Positions 1 through 15,100 of a DNA stretch of 64,000 nucleotides are shown in pieces. Every line of letters begins with the position of its first letter. The first letter of the stretch is position 1. The DNA lies in contig OZ024751.1 of NCBI GenBank assembly GCA_964016885.1, positions 37,820,001 through 37,884,000 of the forward strand, written 5' to 3'. The DNA is from Eledone cirrhosa (Eukaryota). Position numbers and translations under genes: made by a program. A model generated the notes under the pieces. The model made no database searches and was not told the origin of the DNA. It saw only the letters and a list, made by a program, of their open reading frames with translations.

Positions 1-110
1 GGGGGGCTCAGTTTATCGTGTGTTACAATTGTTTCTGTAAGAACATAGAGTGCTCAACTGGCATACCGCCTATAGAAGCATCATAGCTATATATATATAT
101 ATATATAATT

Positions 111-305
111 ATTTCTACTTTTGGCACAAGGTCAGCAATTTGAAAGTTAGGGGAAAATCGATTAAATCAATACCAGTGAGTAAATAGTAATTTATTATAT
201 CTGCTCTATGGATGTATGGCAAACCTAACTTGGTAAAGAACCACAACTCTATGCCGCAAACTATGATGTCCGATGATCCACCGATACTGCCAATACATCA
301 CCGTT
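111..305 (-). mobile_element. Degenerate tRNA-derived SINE (octopus-type family)
   Basis: TTTCTACTTTTGGCACAAGG..CAGCAATT is the reverse complement of the family 3' end seen at 6250-6286 and 32810-32850, and matches 55800-55830; boundaries approximate. Confidence 0.6.
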
Positions 306-323
306 ATGTAATAATTTAATATT

Positions 324-363
<40 letters not shown>

Positions 364-476
364 TTATGTATTATATATATATATTATATATATATATATA
401 TATTATATATATATATATATTATGTATTATATATATATATTATATATATATATATATTATATATATATATATATAT

Positions 477-508
<32 letters not shown>

Positions 509-913
509 ATATATATTATATATATATATATATATTATATATATATATATATATTATATATATATAATATATATATATATAATATATATATATTATATAT
601 ATATATATTATTTATATATATTATATATATATATTATATATATATATTATATATATATATATTATATATATATATATATATTATATATAAACAATTAAGT
701 TAAAAATGTACATCCACATATGTATACTGAAATACTAGTATGCATATGAATACACACACGTATACATATGTAGATGTACCGAGTTTTTCACTGGTCACTT
801 TACTGTGAGTGTCCAGCTATTCTGTATGTAAACACACAGACAAACCGGTTTTTAGAGTCATACTGGTTTTTGAGGAAACACCTTTCCTCTATTCTCCAGA
901 AAGCCAGACAAGG

Positions 914-958
914 AATATTGGACTAGTTTCGATGTTGTTACATCTCATCAGCAATATT
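914..958 (-). ncRNA. Type I hammerhead ribozyme (inverted copy)
   Basis: Exact reverse complement of 1233-1277. Confidence 0.88.
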
Positions 959-1232
959 TACCTATCTTCCGGCCTTTCTAGAGAATCGTAAAAGCACATA
1001 TCGTTATATGCTTTTTCTATGAAAATTAGTAGTGGGCAGACTAATTTGCATAGAGCGTGAGTACGTACCGGTTCAACGGTAAACACACAGACAAACCGGT
1101 TTTTATCGTCTCCGTTGAACCGGTACGTACTCACGCTCTATGCAAATTAGTCTGCCCACTACTAATTTTCATAGAAAAAGCATATAACGATATGTGCTTT
1201 TACGATTCTCTAGAAAGGCCGGAAGATAGGTA

Positions 1233-1277
1233 AATATTGCTGATGAGATGTAACAACATCGAAACTAGTCCAATATT
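1233..1277 (+). ncRNA. Type I minimal hammerhead ribozyme
   Basis: AATATTG-CTGATGA-GATGT(AACA)ACATC-GAAA-CTAG-TC-CAATATT: 7-bp stem I, 5-bp stem II, palindromic CTAG stem III, GUC triplet (cleavage after 1270). Confidence 0.92.
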
Positions 1278-1698
1278 CCTTGTCTGGCTTTCTGGAGAAT
1301 AGAGGAAAGGTGTTTCCTCAAAAACCAGTATGACTCTAAAAACCGGTTTGTCTGTGTGTTTACATACAGAATAGCTGGACACTCACAGTAAAGTGACCAG
1401 TGAAAAACTCGGTACATCTACATATGTATACGTGTGTGTATTCATATGCATACTAGTATTTCAGTATACATATGTGGATGTACATTTTTAACTTAATTGT
1501 TTAAGCGTCAGTCATACAAAAGTGAGTTACAAACGAAACGAAATTTAATTTCGTTTCGTTATTTGTTTTTATCGTCTCCGTTGAACCGGTACGTACTCAC
1601 GCTCTATGCAAATTAGTCTGCCCACTACTAATTTTCATAGAAAAAGCATATAACGATATGTGCTTTTACGATTCTCTAGAAAGGCCGGAAGATAGGTA

Positions 1699-1743
1699 AA
1701 TATTGCTGATGAGATGTAACAACATCGAAACTAGTCCAATATT
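1699..1743 (+). ncRNA. Type I minimal hammerhead ribozyme (second tandem unit)
   Basis: Identical to 1233-1277, 466 bp downstream. Confidence 0.92.
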
Positions 1744-2435
1744 CCTTGTCTGGCTTTCTGTAGAATAGAGGAAAGGTGTTTCCTCAAAAACCAGTATGAC
1801 TCTAAAAACCGGTTTGTCTGTGTGTTTACATACAGAATAGCTGGACACTCACAGTAAAGTGACCAGTGAAAAACTCGGTACATCTACATATGTATACGTG
1901 TGTGTATTCATATGCATACTAGTATTTCAGTATACATATGTGGATGTACATTTTTAACTTAATTGTTTAAGCGTCAGTCATACAAAAGTGAGTTACAAAC
2001 GAAACGAAATTTAATTTCGTTTCGTTATTTGTTTTTATATTATATATATATATATATATTATATATATATATATTATATATATATATATTATATATATAT
2101 ATATATTATATATATATATATATTATATATATATATATTATATATATATTATATATATTATATATATATATATTATATATATATATATATTATATATATA
2201 TATATTATATATATATATTATATATATATATTATATATATATATATTATATATATATATTATATATATATATATTATATATATATATATTATATATATAT
2301 TATATATATATATATTATATATATATATATTATATATATATATATTATATATATATATAATATATATATATAATATATATATATAATATATATATATATT
2401 ATATATATATATTATATATATATATATAATATATA

Positions 2436-2475
<40 letters not shown>

Positions 2476-2488
2476 TATATAATATATA

Positions 2489-2688
2489 NNNNNNNNNNNN
2501 NNNNNNNNNNNNNNNNNNNNNNNNNNNNNNNNNNNNNNNNNNNNNNNNNNNNNNNNNNNNNNNNNNNNNNNNNNNNNNNNNNNNNNNNNNNNNNNNNNNN
2601 NNNNNNNNNNNNNNNNNNNNNNNNNNNNNNNNNNNNNNNNNNNNNNNNNNNNNNNNNNNNNNNNNNNNNNNNNNNNNNNNNNNNNNNN
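2489..2688. other. Assembly gap (200 N)
   Basis: Run of N. Confidence 1.
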
Positions 2689-3146
2689 ATGGAAAGTTAT
2701 ATTTTAAATTGTTGGGTTACAACTACTAAATATTTATAACTGATATAAAAGCACTCGACAAATATTTGGAGTATATTTACGATATTAAATAAATGGAAAC
2801 TATATTAATAAAACCATATTTATTTCATTATATATATTTCGGGGATATCATATTAACAATATGTTATGCCTTCCTCAGACAAATACAATATAAACAGTTT
2901 TATAGATAAATAGATTCGACATACCGTAACAACACAGACTTGCATTTGGAGAGGGTGAGCTGGCAGCTCAACCTCTCCAAATGCAAGTCTGTGTTGTTAC
3001 GGTATGTCGAATCTATTTATCTATAAAACTGTTTATATTGTATTTTGTCTGAGGAAGGCATAACATATTGTTAATATGATATCCCCGAAATATATATAAT
3101 GAAATAAATATGGTTTTATAAATATAGTTTCCATTTATTTAATATC

Positions 3147-3149
<3 letters not shown>
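2689..3149. mobile_element. Fold-back palindromic element with degenerate HHR
   Basis: Arms 2778-2962 and 2964-3149 are near-perfect inverted repeats. CTGAGGA (3049) to GAAA-TATA-TA (3087-3096) encloses a hairpin stem II; stem I is poor. Ends in (TA)n. Confidence 0.7.
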
Positions 3150-3231
<82 letters not shown>

Positions 3232-3236
3232 AATAT

Positions 3237-3273
<37 letters not shown>

Positions 3274-3281
3274 ATATATAT

Positions 3282-3315
<34 letters not shown>

Positions 3316-3323
3316 ATATATAT

Positions 3324-3384
<61 letters not shown>

Positions 3385-3392
3385 TATATATA

Positions 3393-3438
<46 letters not shown>

Positions 3439-3577
3439 TATATATATTTATATTATATATATATTATATATATATATATATATATTTATATATTATATAT
3501 ATATTATATATATATATATATATTTTTATATATATATATATATAAAAATATATATATATATATATAATATATATATA

Positions 3578-3627
<50 letters not shown>

Positions 3628-3662
3628 ATATATATATTATATATATATATAATATATATATA

Positions 3663-3700
<38 letters not shown>

Positions 3701-3824
3701 TATATATATATTATATATATATATATATATTTTTATATATATATATATATAAAAATATATATATATATATATAATATATATATAATATATAAATATATAT
3801 ATATATATATATAATATATATATA

Positions 3825-3885
<61 letters not shown>

Positions 3886-3991
3886 TTTTATATATATTAT
3901 ATATATATATATATAATATATATATATAATATATATATATATTATATATATATATAATATATATATATATAATATATATATATATTATATC

Positions 3992-4038
<47 letters not shown>

Positions 4039-4116
4039 ATATATATACATATTATATATATATATATTATATATATATATATTATATATATATATATTAT
4101 ATATATATATATATTA

Positions 4117-4156
<40 letters not shown>

Positions 4157-4203
4157 AATATATATATATATATAAAAATATATATATATATATATATATA
4201 AAA

Positions 4204-4234
<31 letters not shown>

Positions 4235-4263
4235 TATATATATATATATATAATATATATATA

Positions 4264-4294
<31 letters not shown>

Positions 4295-4304
4295 ATAATA
4301 TATA

Positions 4305-4399
<95 letters not shown>

Positions 4400-4611
4400 T
4401 ATATATATTATATATATATATATTTATTATATATATATATATATTTATATATTATATATATATATATATATAATATATAGATATATATATATATATAATA
4501 TATAAATATATATATATATAATAAATATATATATATAAAGATAATATATAAATATATATATATATAATATATAAATAAAAACATATATATATATATATAT
4601 TATATAAATAT

Positions 4612-4643
<32 letters not shown>

Positions 4644-4729
4644 ACATATAAATATATATATATAATATATAAATATATATATATATAATATATAAATATA
4701 TAAATATATATAAATATATATATATAAAT

Positions 4730-4760
<31 letters not shown>

Positions 4761-5022
4761 AATATAATATATATATATAAATATATAAATATATATATAT
4801 AAATATATAAATATATATATAAATATATAAATATATATATATATATATATAAATATATAAATATATATATATATAAATATATGTATTTATATATATATAT
4901 ATATATATATATAAATATATATATTTATATATATATATATATATATATAAATATATATATTTATATATATATAAATATATAAATATAAATATATAATATA
5001 TATATATATATATAAATATATG

Positions 5023-5058
<36 letters not shown>

Positions 5059-5066
5059 TATATATT

Positions 5067-5120
<54 letters not shown>

Positions 5121-5183
5121 AATATAAATATATATATATAAATATATATAAATATATATATATATATATAAATATATATAAAT

Positions 5184-5218
<35 letters not shown>

Positions 5219-5320
5219 AATATATATAAATATATATATATATATAAATATATATAAATATATATATATACATATATATACATACATATATATACATACA
5301 CACATATATATATATATAAG
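3150..5320. repeat. Interrupted (TA)n/(TAAA) microsatellite
   Basis: Directly visible; ORFs here are artefacts. Confidence 0.95.
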
Positions 5321-5334
5321 ATATTGATAATAAT

Positions 5335-5365
<31 letters not shown>

Positions 5366-6090
5366 ATATTAATAGTAATATTAATGGTAATAATAAAAAC
5401 AATAATAATGATAATACTGACTACGCAAACCACAAGAAGATCTTACTAATTCAATACTATGGAAAGTAGCCATTAACATCCATGTAAGAGCAACGAAGAA
5501 AATGGAAAACAAATGAGGAAAATGATGAAGGTTATCTCAGTAAGCAATACATTAACTTGTTTAGTGAAACTTTATTGGGTTTTCTCTTCTCTCTTCTATA
5601 TATAATATATTGCACATTTTCACACTAATAGCCTATTAGCCATTACGTGAAAATACACTAACGGAACACAAGTCGAACCACCACAAAACTGAGTAAATTT
5701 CCTTCCTTTACTAGAACAATTCTTATATACTGCATTATTTGTTTCAAATTTAAAAATGGAAAGATACAGAAAATTTATAAAACGTTTGGAATCAATGAAA
5801 AAAAAAAATGCAGAATCCTGATTAAAATTATGAAAATTTGTAATCTTTTTGGATTTTCATTCCAAAATCTTAGATTATAAACTGTAACGGCTTAGAAATA
5901 CGAGATAGATATATTTCTAAACTACATGTATATTTTACCAAGTAATTGCCTTTAACAAACCGACAACACACCTCCACCGTTAGTTGTGGCACTGTACCAA
6001 TATTTAAAAAAAAATCATTATTTCTGTACTAAGAAACATTGGCTGTCTGTCAAGTTAGTAAACTATTATTATTATAGGACTATTATACAA

Positions 6091-6286
6091 GGCTGGTGGA
6101 TTGGTAGTATCGTTAGAGTATCAAACACTATGGTTTGCAGCATAGAGTTATGACACATTTACCTCTAAGTTCAATTCCCGCCGAGGTTAACTTTGCCTTT
6201 CATCCTTACGGGGTTGATAAAATAAAGTACCAGTAATGACCTGGGGAAATTATTGGCCTTGTGACAAAAGTAGAAACAATTATTAT
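6091..6286 (+). mobile_element. tRNA-derived SINE
   Basis: A-box-like GGTGGATTGGTAG, B-box-like AGTTCAATTCC, body CGAGGTTAACTTTGCCTTTCATCCTTACGGGGTTGATAAAATAAAGTACCAGT and (ATT)n tail; several other copies in the window. Confidence 0.8.
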
Positions 6287-6828
6287 AGTGTTATTCATAT
6301 AAATCAATATTGGTGTGTGAAGAACATCTGTTTGGTGTACAGCGGAAGTACATATTACATGGAAACAAATAAAACATTTGTAATTAACTACGATATTTGC
6401 CATATACTCTGGAATGATATATAAAATCCTCGGAGCAATATTTCCTGGTCGGTCTTTATATGATCTACTTTCATCCTCACATTTCCAATTTAGACGGAGA
6501 TTCGTATATTTGACTTATTTACCTGTCATTCTATAGGTTTATATTGATATTTACTCTCACCAGTCATTGGCAGCTCATTCTTCTATCAATAAATTATCAA
6601 ATTTAATATAACGAGAGGTCAAAATTTCTATAGAAACGTAGGTAAGAATGTGGGCTTTGAAAAGATTCACATTTCTGTTGGTGGTTTTAAAGACTTTACA
6701 ACACGTAAAATAAATAATGTAATTCATGACAACATTTTTAGCGTGACGGACGTGATGCTATGCTGTATCTGTTCAGGAATCTTCTGTTCTGTGTACCGCA
6801 CTCATTGCTATCATATATACATACATAT

Positions 6829-6891
<63 letters not shown>

Positions 6892-7573
6892 TGATGCATG
6901 TGTGTGTTGCGTGTATATATGTATATACTCGTATATGTATGTTTGTTTTAAAGTATATGAGAAATCATATGATTATATATAAGTATATGAGAAATCATTT
7001 ATATATATATGTGTGTGTGTATGTATATATATATATATACATCCATAAACACGTACATGTAGTACTAATCGATATCGTTTCAAATACTGGATTACTTTCT
7101 CTGTTTTATATATTTGCTCGTATCTATGAATCTTGTAAATACGTATTCGTACATGTATGCTTACAGGCACAGATTTATATAATTGTGTATATACATATAT
7201 ATATATATATATATGGGGGGGGGGGTATGTGTGCGTGTATATGAATTTGTGTATATATATATAAGTAGTAACGTATGTGAAAAAAAATCAATACTTTAAT
7301 AAATAATAGAGATCAATATAGTTATCATCATTGTACAATCTTACTATTTTACTTTACATACAACACGGAGGCAATTTATTTGTGTTCGTCTTTTTGTTTA
7401 TAGTTTTAAACGTGAAATCCAAACAATGATTCTCTATATTATTCCATTGTGTATGTATATACACAACGATTAGACTGCAAACATTTGAGGTCACAGCGAC
7501 ACCAGACCGCATAACCTGCAATACAAAAACATCTATTGTGTTCTATGCCTGATATTATTGTTTTTATTTGTGT

Positions 7574-7617
<44 letters not shown>

Positions 7618-7689
7618 ATGCTTAACGTAGGATGATATCGATTATTTGTCAGATGCTAAATATACATAAATATATACACATCTACCCAC

Positions 7690-7727
<38 letters not shown>

Positions 7728-7824
7728 ATCACATCCATCCACACACACATACATAAATATATCTACACGCACACACACGCATTTATACACACAATCACGC
7801 ATATATACACACGCATATATCTCA

Positions 7825-8965
<1,141 letters not shown>

Positions 8966-9095
8966 ATGTAGGAGGTGAGTTTTATTGTAGTACAATAAAG
9001 CAATGCAGATATCGGATAAGAAGCACTCTACAGTTTCTAGGACTGGAGTATACATAATATATAAGATCAAAATATAGTTAAAGGAGTTCCATGTA

Positions 9096-9162
9096 TTTTA
9101 TTATGCGCATTTCAAAAACAAACATCATCATGCAATAATATTTCTGTTTTCATCAGATAAAA
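9096..9162 (-). ncRNA. Type I hammerhead ribozyme (inverted arm)
   Basis: Reverse complement of 9292-9358 with one stem II difference. Confidence 0.82.
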
Positions 9163-9291
9163 CAGGAGGACATGATATGAAGGTTAAAAACACTTGTGGA
9201 TAGTGCAGTTTTAAATCAACATATCATGATATGTTGATTTAAAACTGCACTATCCACAAGTGTTTTTTAACCTTCATATCATGTCCTCCTG

Positions 9292-9358
9292 TTTTATCTG
9301 ATGAAAACACAAATATTATTGCATGATGATGTTTGTTTTTGAAATGCGCATAATAAAA
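9292..9358 (+). ncRNA. Type I hammerhead ribozyme with long stem II
   Basis: TTTTAT-CTGATGA-[36-nt imperfect hairpin]-GAAA-TGCGCA-TA-ATAAAA; palindromic stem III. Confidence 0.85.
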
Positions 9359-9397
9359 TACATGGAACTCCTTTAACTATATTTTGATCTTATATAT

Positions 9398-9434
<37 letters not shown>

Positions 9435-9508
9435 GTCATATATATATATATATATACACATATCTCATATATATATATATATGAGATATATGTATATATA
9501 TATGATAT

Positions 9509-9577
<69 letters not shown>

Positions 9578-9604
9578 ATACATACGAGATTATTTTTACT
9601 ACTA

Positions 9605-9812
9605 TTAGGATGTTGAAATCGTCCGAGTTCCGCATGAAATGCTTTGCGGTATTTCTTCCAACTCTTTACATTCTGAGTTCAAATCCAACCGAGATTTTTA
9701 TTTCATTCATTGTTTGGGTTTCGTTACAATAAAGTACCCGTTGAGTAATGGGGTCGATGTGATCGACTTCCTCTTTCTCTCTAAATTGCTGGCTTTCTGC
9801 TAATACTAGAAA
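9605..9812 (+). mobile_element. Degenerate SINE (family of 6091)
   Basis: CTGAGTTCAAATCC...AATAAAGTACC...GGGGTCGATG. Confidence 0.6.
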
Positions 9813-10054
9813 GAAATATTTTCCCATTATCATCATGTTCATGATAGTTTTGGGGAATAAAGCATATTTTACGTTCCCGATTTCTGCCTCACTAAAATAT
9901 ATGACAAAGATATAACTGATGAACACACTTTGGTATAGATTCCGTCCGCTACGGGCTCCGCGCTCAGGTCTTTTGTACAAAAGCCGTGGTTTTATCTCTA
10001 CCTTGTCACTTGAATTAATGTGATGACAATTGTAGACGTCCGTCAAGTAGATGC

Positions 10055-10410
10055 GGATGGTCTACAGGTTAGAGTTTGGGACGTACGAATGTAACGAGTT
10101 CGATTCTTCGACGGTATAGTTCGTTGTTTTCTTGAGAGAAACACATCATTTCCCGTTGCTTCCGTCTACTCAGCTATTCAGCAGAAAATGAATGCCAAAA
10201 TTAGTGGCTGTGGCTTAGCATTATATAGATAGGTCCTCAGTACTCTCAGTCAATGCTAAGGAAACTGGGATAAGCACCGGTCTGGTAAACCTACACGTTA
10301 CCAGGTTTGAAATAAGATATATACTAGGGTTGATATGATTGACTAAGTTCTTTCAACGCGGTGCCCCAGTATGACCGCAGCATATACCAGACATCAATAA
10401 AAGAATAATG
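10055..10410 (+). mobile_element. Degenerate SINE(s)
   Basis: B-box-like GAGTTCGATTC; body CATTTCCCGTTGCTTCCGTCTACTCAGCT resembles 44660-44690 and the minus copy at 49560-49610; tail AATAAAAGAATAA. Confidence 0.55.
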
Positions 10411-10960
10411 GAATAAAACTTATAGAAGATTTAATGCTGTAGATTTCTATTGATTTGTACGATACCTATATATTTCCAGTCAACTGGCTTGACCAAATAG
10501 TAATCATAAATGGATTTATGACTCTTCCGAGGGATCGGATAAAATGGATAGCAAACGTCGACCACTGCAAAACGTTTTACCCGAAATAAATCCATTACTT
10601 TTACAGTATTTTACCCTAGAGTTAAATAGTATAAACGGTTTTATTATTACATATAATTTTCTTGAAATTAAATGTCAAATTCCCATCTGACTTTTGATTC
10701 AATTCCGTTATTGAATTGTATGCGATTAATATTTTTAAAAATGTATGAAAACAAATACATGAAAATATTATTTGATAATCTGTACAATTGGATATTGGAT
10801 ATTGCATAGAGGACATTGTCTGATGTTTATAGTTCAAATTTTGACATGGTATATGATATTTTTTATATCATATAATATCGAATATTGTATTCAGATTAAC
10901 AGTCGTTTTATTGAAGAATATGTCGAATAAATTCATTTCGGTGAGAGGAGTATGTTAATG

Positions 10961-11001
<41 letters not shown>

Positions 11002-11121
11002 AGTGTGTATGTATGTTTGCATGTATACATATGTATAGATGTGTGTGTGCGTGTTTATGTATGTACGTACGTATGTATACATGTGTGTGTGTATGTATGA
11101 TCGTGCATGCATCTGTCTATA

Positions 11122-11159
<38 letters not shown>

Positions 11160-11186
11160 GATGCATGCACGATCATACATACACAT

Positions 11187-11238
<52 letters not shown>

Positions 11239-11471
11239 TAGCTGAAGTGGTAATCTCTGCAAAGTATAAGCAATATGAAGTTATAAGTTATTTGGCATTT
11301 AGCCCCGAAAACATCACACATTACACAAATTACACAACATCCAACAGCTCACCGTATTGTATAATATAAATATTACACCATCTCATACAACTAATATTTC
11401 ACTACGGATGTTTTCATAACACCCTAAAACAGATATCGCTATCTAGCAACAAACTATTTTCATATACAACC

Positions 11472-11548
<77 letters not shown>

Positions 11549-13429
11549 TATATATATATATATACATTCATGTATCTATGTATAGACGTTTGCATGTAAT
11601 TATATATGTAATCTATGTAATGATATTCACACATATGTATATGCATGTATGACTGAGAGAATGTCTGTGTATATGATATAAACATACACGGAGCTCCATC
11701 GACTGACCTGGACTGGATTGGGAAACAGCCGAACAATATAAGCAAGACAAATTACTGACAGAGTTATATTACATTTACGAGCCAGAACAAAACAACAAAC
11801 AAATAATTTAATAAAATATACAGACACCAACATCAAACTAGCAATATCACATACCCAACATGTGGTTGCACTAAAAGTCGTTTAGGAGGTATGATACTAG
11901 AAAAGAGAATAGAGGACACTCCAATGGTAGATTGATAGAACGAACTTTATAATGGTCTCAGTATAAAATATGGACAGAACTCAATACAATGACAGTCACC
12001 AGGTGGAGGGAGGCGTTTCGGTCTCTCTAAATTCTGTTTGGAGGGTATAATACCTTGACAGTGAAACAGATGTTGCCCCAATAATAGATGGAGAGACCAG
12101 ATCCCAAAACATTTTCAGTGTCAAAATATGTGACAGAAATCAATGTAATAACAAGGAAAAGGAATCGTTTTAGCATCTAACTGAAGGGTATGATTCTCGA
12201 AAAAAGGAAACGGTAAATACCCCCATTGATTGATAGAGAGAGCAGTTCCAAAAATGCTTTCAGTGTGGAAACATAGAAATGAATGTAAAGACAGCAGCGT
12301 ATTCTCTAAAATCTATCTGAAACATGGAACCTGAATAGGGGGACATCGTGAAGTTAGATGCAGAGATTAGATCTTAAAGTAGTCTCAGTCTCCAGCGTGG
12401 GTTGATAATATATAGGATGAAATGGAAGAAGTGTGTTGAAATATGTAGGCAGAACCAATTAAAACATGTCAAATCAATATTCGAAAGAAATCTTCGCACT
12501 TTTACAGACATGTGTAATGGAACATTCAAAAGAGGACATCCTAATTTTAGCTGTAGAGATGAGATTTTAATCTAGTCTAGGTGCCCACCGTGGGTTGACG
12601 AGGGATAAATTGAAGAAATGTGCTGAAATATGTAGGCAGAAACAACAATTAAAACATGTCAAATCGATATTCGAAAGATATCTTCGCAGTTTTACAGACG
12701 TTTGACAGCCATTACTATCTACTTTCAGTACGAGGTGTGGCATTTCACGAATATTCTCTTCAGTGTTTACATTTGATAAATGGTGTCTGGAGTGAAGAAA
12801 TAATAAAGGAATTAATGTCTTCATGCTGATGTTGATATAATTATTCATTCGTAGAAAATGTAGGATTCCCAAATGCAGAAAATAACTGTAACTATAGTCG
12901 ATTGCTATAAATAATAAAAAATTAGAAATTCGAGTACAATGCCCCTATAGATGTTTAAAGCTTCGATGGTTTGTTTTTAAAATGTTTACATAATTGCTTA
13001 TATTCTGCTCATAAAAATGCACCACTTGTCCATTTTTTGATATCATTTTCTAAGACATTGAATATAGGAAATAGATATAAGTTAAAATGGTAAACAATTC
13101 GTTGATTGTATTCTTGATCACGGTTAAGAATCGTCATTTATTCCCGTCATTCTTGGCTCTTCTAGCCATCATCATAGCGGCCATTAATATCCGGCTCTTC
13201 ATCCATATCATCATTGCCGTTGCTGTCAACGCCGTCATCAACAGCGTCGTATTCCTCCTCCTCGTCACCATCATCATCTACCTCATCATCTATCTCATCA
13301 ACAACGCCACTATTATCACAACCACCAACAACAGAGTCAACACCATCATCATGAACATCGCCATCATCATTATAGCCATAACCATCATCACCACATGATT
13401 ATCATCCCAACCTCATCGTTACCTTCGCC

Positions 13430-14430
13430 ACTACCACCACCAACAACACCACCACCACCACCACAACCACCACCACCACCACCACCACCACCATCACCAC
13501 CATCACCACCACCATCATCACCACCACCACCACCACCACCACCACCACCACCACCACCATCACCACCATCACCACCACCATCATCACCACCACCACAACC
13601 ACCACCACCACCACCACCACCACCACCACCACCACCACCACCACCACCACCACCATCACCACCACCACCATCACCACCACCACCACCACCACCACCACCA
13701 CCATCACCACCACCACCACCACCACCACCACCACCACCACCACCACCACCACCACCATCACCACCATCACCACCACCATCATCACCACCACCACAACCAC
13801 CACCACCACCACCACCACCACCACCACCACCACCATCACCACCACCACCATCACCACCACCACCACCACCACCACCACCACCACCATCACCACCACCACC
13901 ACCACCACCACCACCACCACCACTACCACCATCACCACCATCACCACCACCACCACCACCACCACCACCACCACCATCACCACCACCACCACCACCACCA
14001 CCACCACCATCATGTTCCAGTGTTCTCCGTGAGTCATACCGAAGTTCATTAACATAGCAGGATTATAATCATTATATTTATCTCTGTCATTGTTATCAGT
14101 GTCACTTTCTTGGCAGGAAATCATCATCACCATCACCACCACCACCACCACCACCACCACCACCACCACCACCACCACCATCACCATCACCACCATCACC
14201 ATCACCATCACCACCATCACCATCACCATCACCACCACCACCATCACCATCACCATCACCATCACCACCATCATTACCATTACCATCATCATCATCATCA
14301 CCATCACCATCACCATCACCATAATCATCATCATCATCATCATCATCGTCATAATCATCATCATCATCGTCGTCATCATCATCATCATCATCATCTCCGT
14401 CATCATCATCATCATCATCATCATCATTGA
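13430..14430. repeat. (CCA)n/(CAT)n trinucleotide tracts
   Basis: Directly visible; source of the poly-Pro/His/Thr ORFs. Confidence 0.95.
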
Positions 14431-14514
14431 AATTAAAACAATCATGTTTAAAACGCACATCATCATCACAATCGCCAGCAACAATGCCATCGCCATTATC
14501 ATTTAAAACAATCT

Positions 14515-15100
14515 CTATATAGCCATCAACATCACAGCCACCATCATAGCCATCAACATCACAGCCACCACCGTCATAGCCATCAACATAGTCACCACCG
14601 TCATAGCCATCAACATCACAGCCACCACCATCACAGACACCACCGTCATAGCCACCACCGTCATAGCCACCACCGTCATAGCCATCACCATCACAGCCAC
14701 CACCGTCATAGCCATCACCATCACAGATACATAGACACCATCATAGCCATCACCATCATAGAAATCACCATCACAGCCATCATAGCCACCATCATAGCCA
14801 TCACCATCATAGCCATCACCACCACAGCCACCATCATAGCCATCACCATCACAGCCATCATAGCCACCATCATAGCCATCACCATCATAGCCATCACCAT
14901 CACAGCCACCATCATAGCCATCACCATCACAGCCATCATAGCCACCATCACAGCCATCACCATCACAGCCATCACCATCACAGCCATCACCATCACAGCC
15001 ATCACCATCATAGCCATCACCATCACAGCCATCATAGCCACGATCATAGCAATCACCATCATAGCCATCACCATCATAATAACCACCATCATCAGCATCA
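14515..15100. repeat. CATAGCCATCAC-type minisatellite
   Basis: Reiterated variants of CAT(A/C)GCCA(T/C)CACCAT. Confidence 0.85.

Larger units (their letters stand above)
688..2038 (+). mobile_element. HHR-bearing non-autonomous Penelope-like/retrozyme-like element: inverted arm plus two tandem 466-bp units, within (TA)n
   Basis: 688-1079 is the reverse complement of 1112-1503. Unit ~1100-1565 repeats at ~1566-2031 (offset 466; one C/A substitution seen). Each copy has an HHR. (TA)n on both sides. Confidence 0.85.
8967..9405 (-). mobile_element. Fold-back HHR element (family B) in (TA)n
   Basis: Palindrome 9049-9405 with no spacer (centre 9226|9227), unpaired tail 8967-9048, an HHR in each arm; related copy at 15791-16055. 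Confidence 0.85.

Noticed and set aside
809-1848. Thrice-repeated 60-aa ORF
   Set aside because: GTG-started, antisense to the HHR, no recognisable motif; repeated only because the DNA unit is.
13395-14506. Extensin/formin-like poly-Pro and poly-His ORFs
   Set aside because: Pure (CCA)/(CAT) repeats open in all frames, with no flanking domain.
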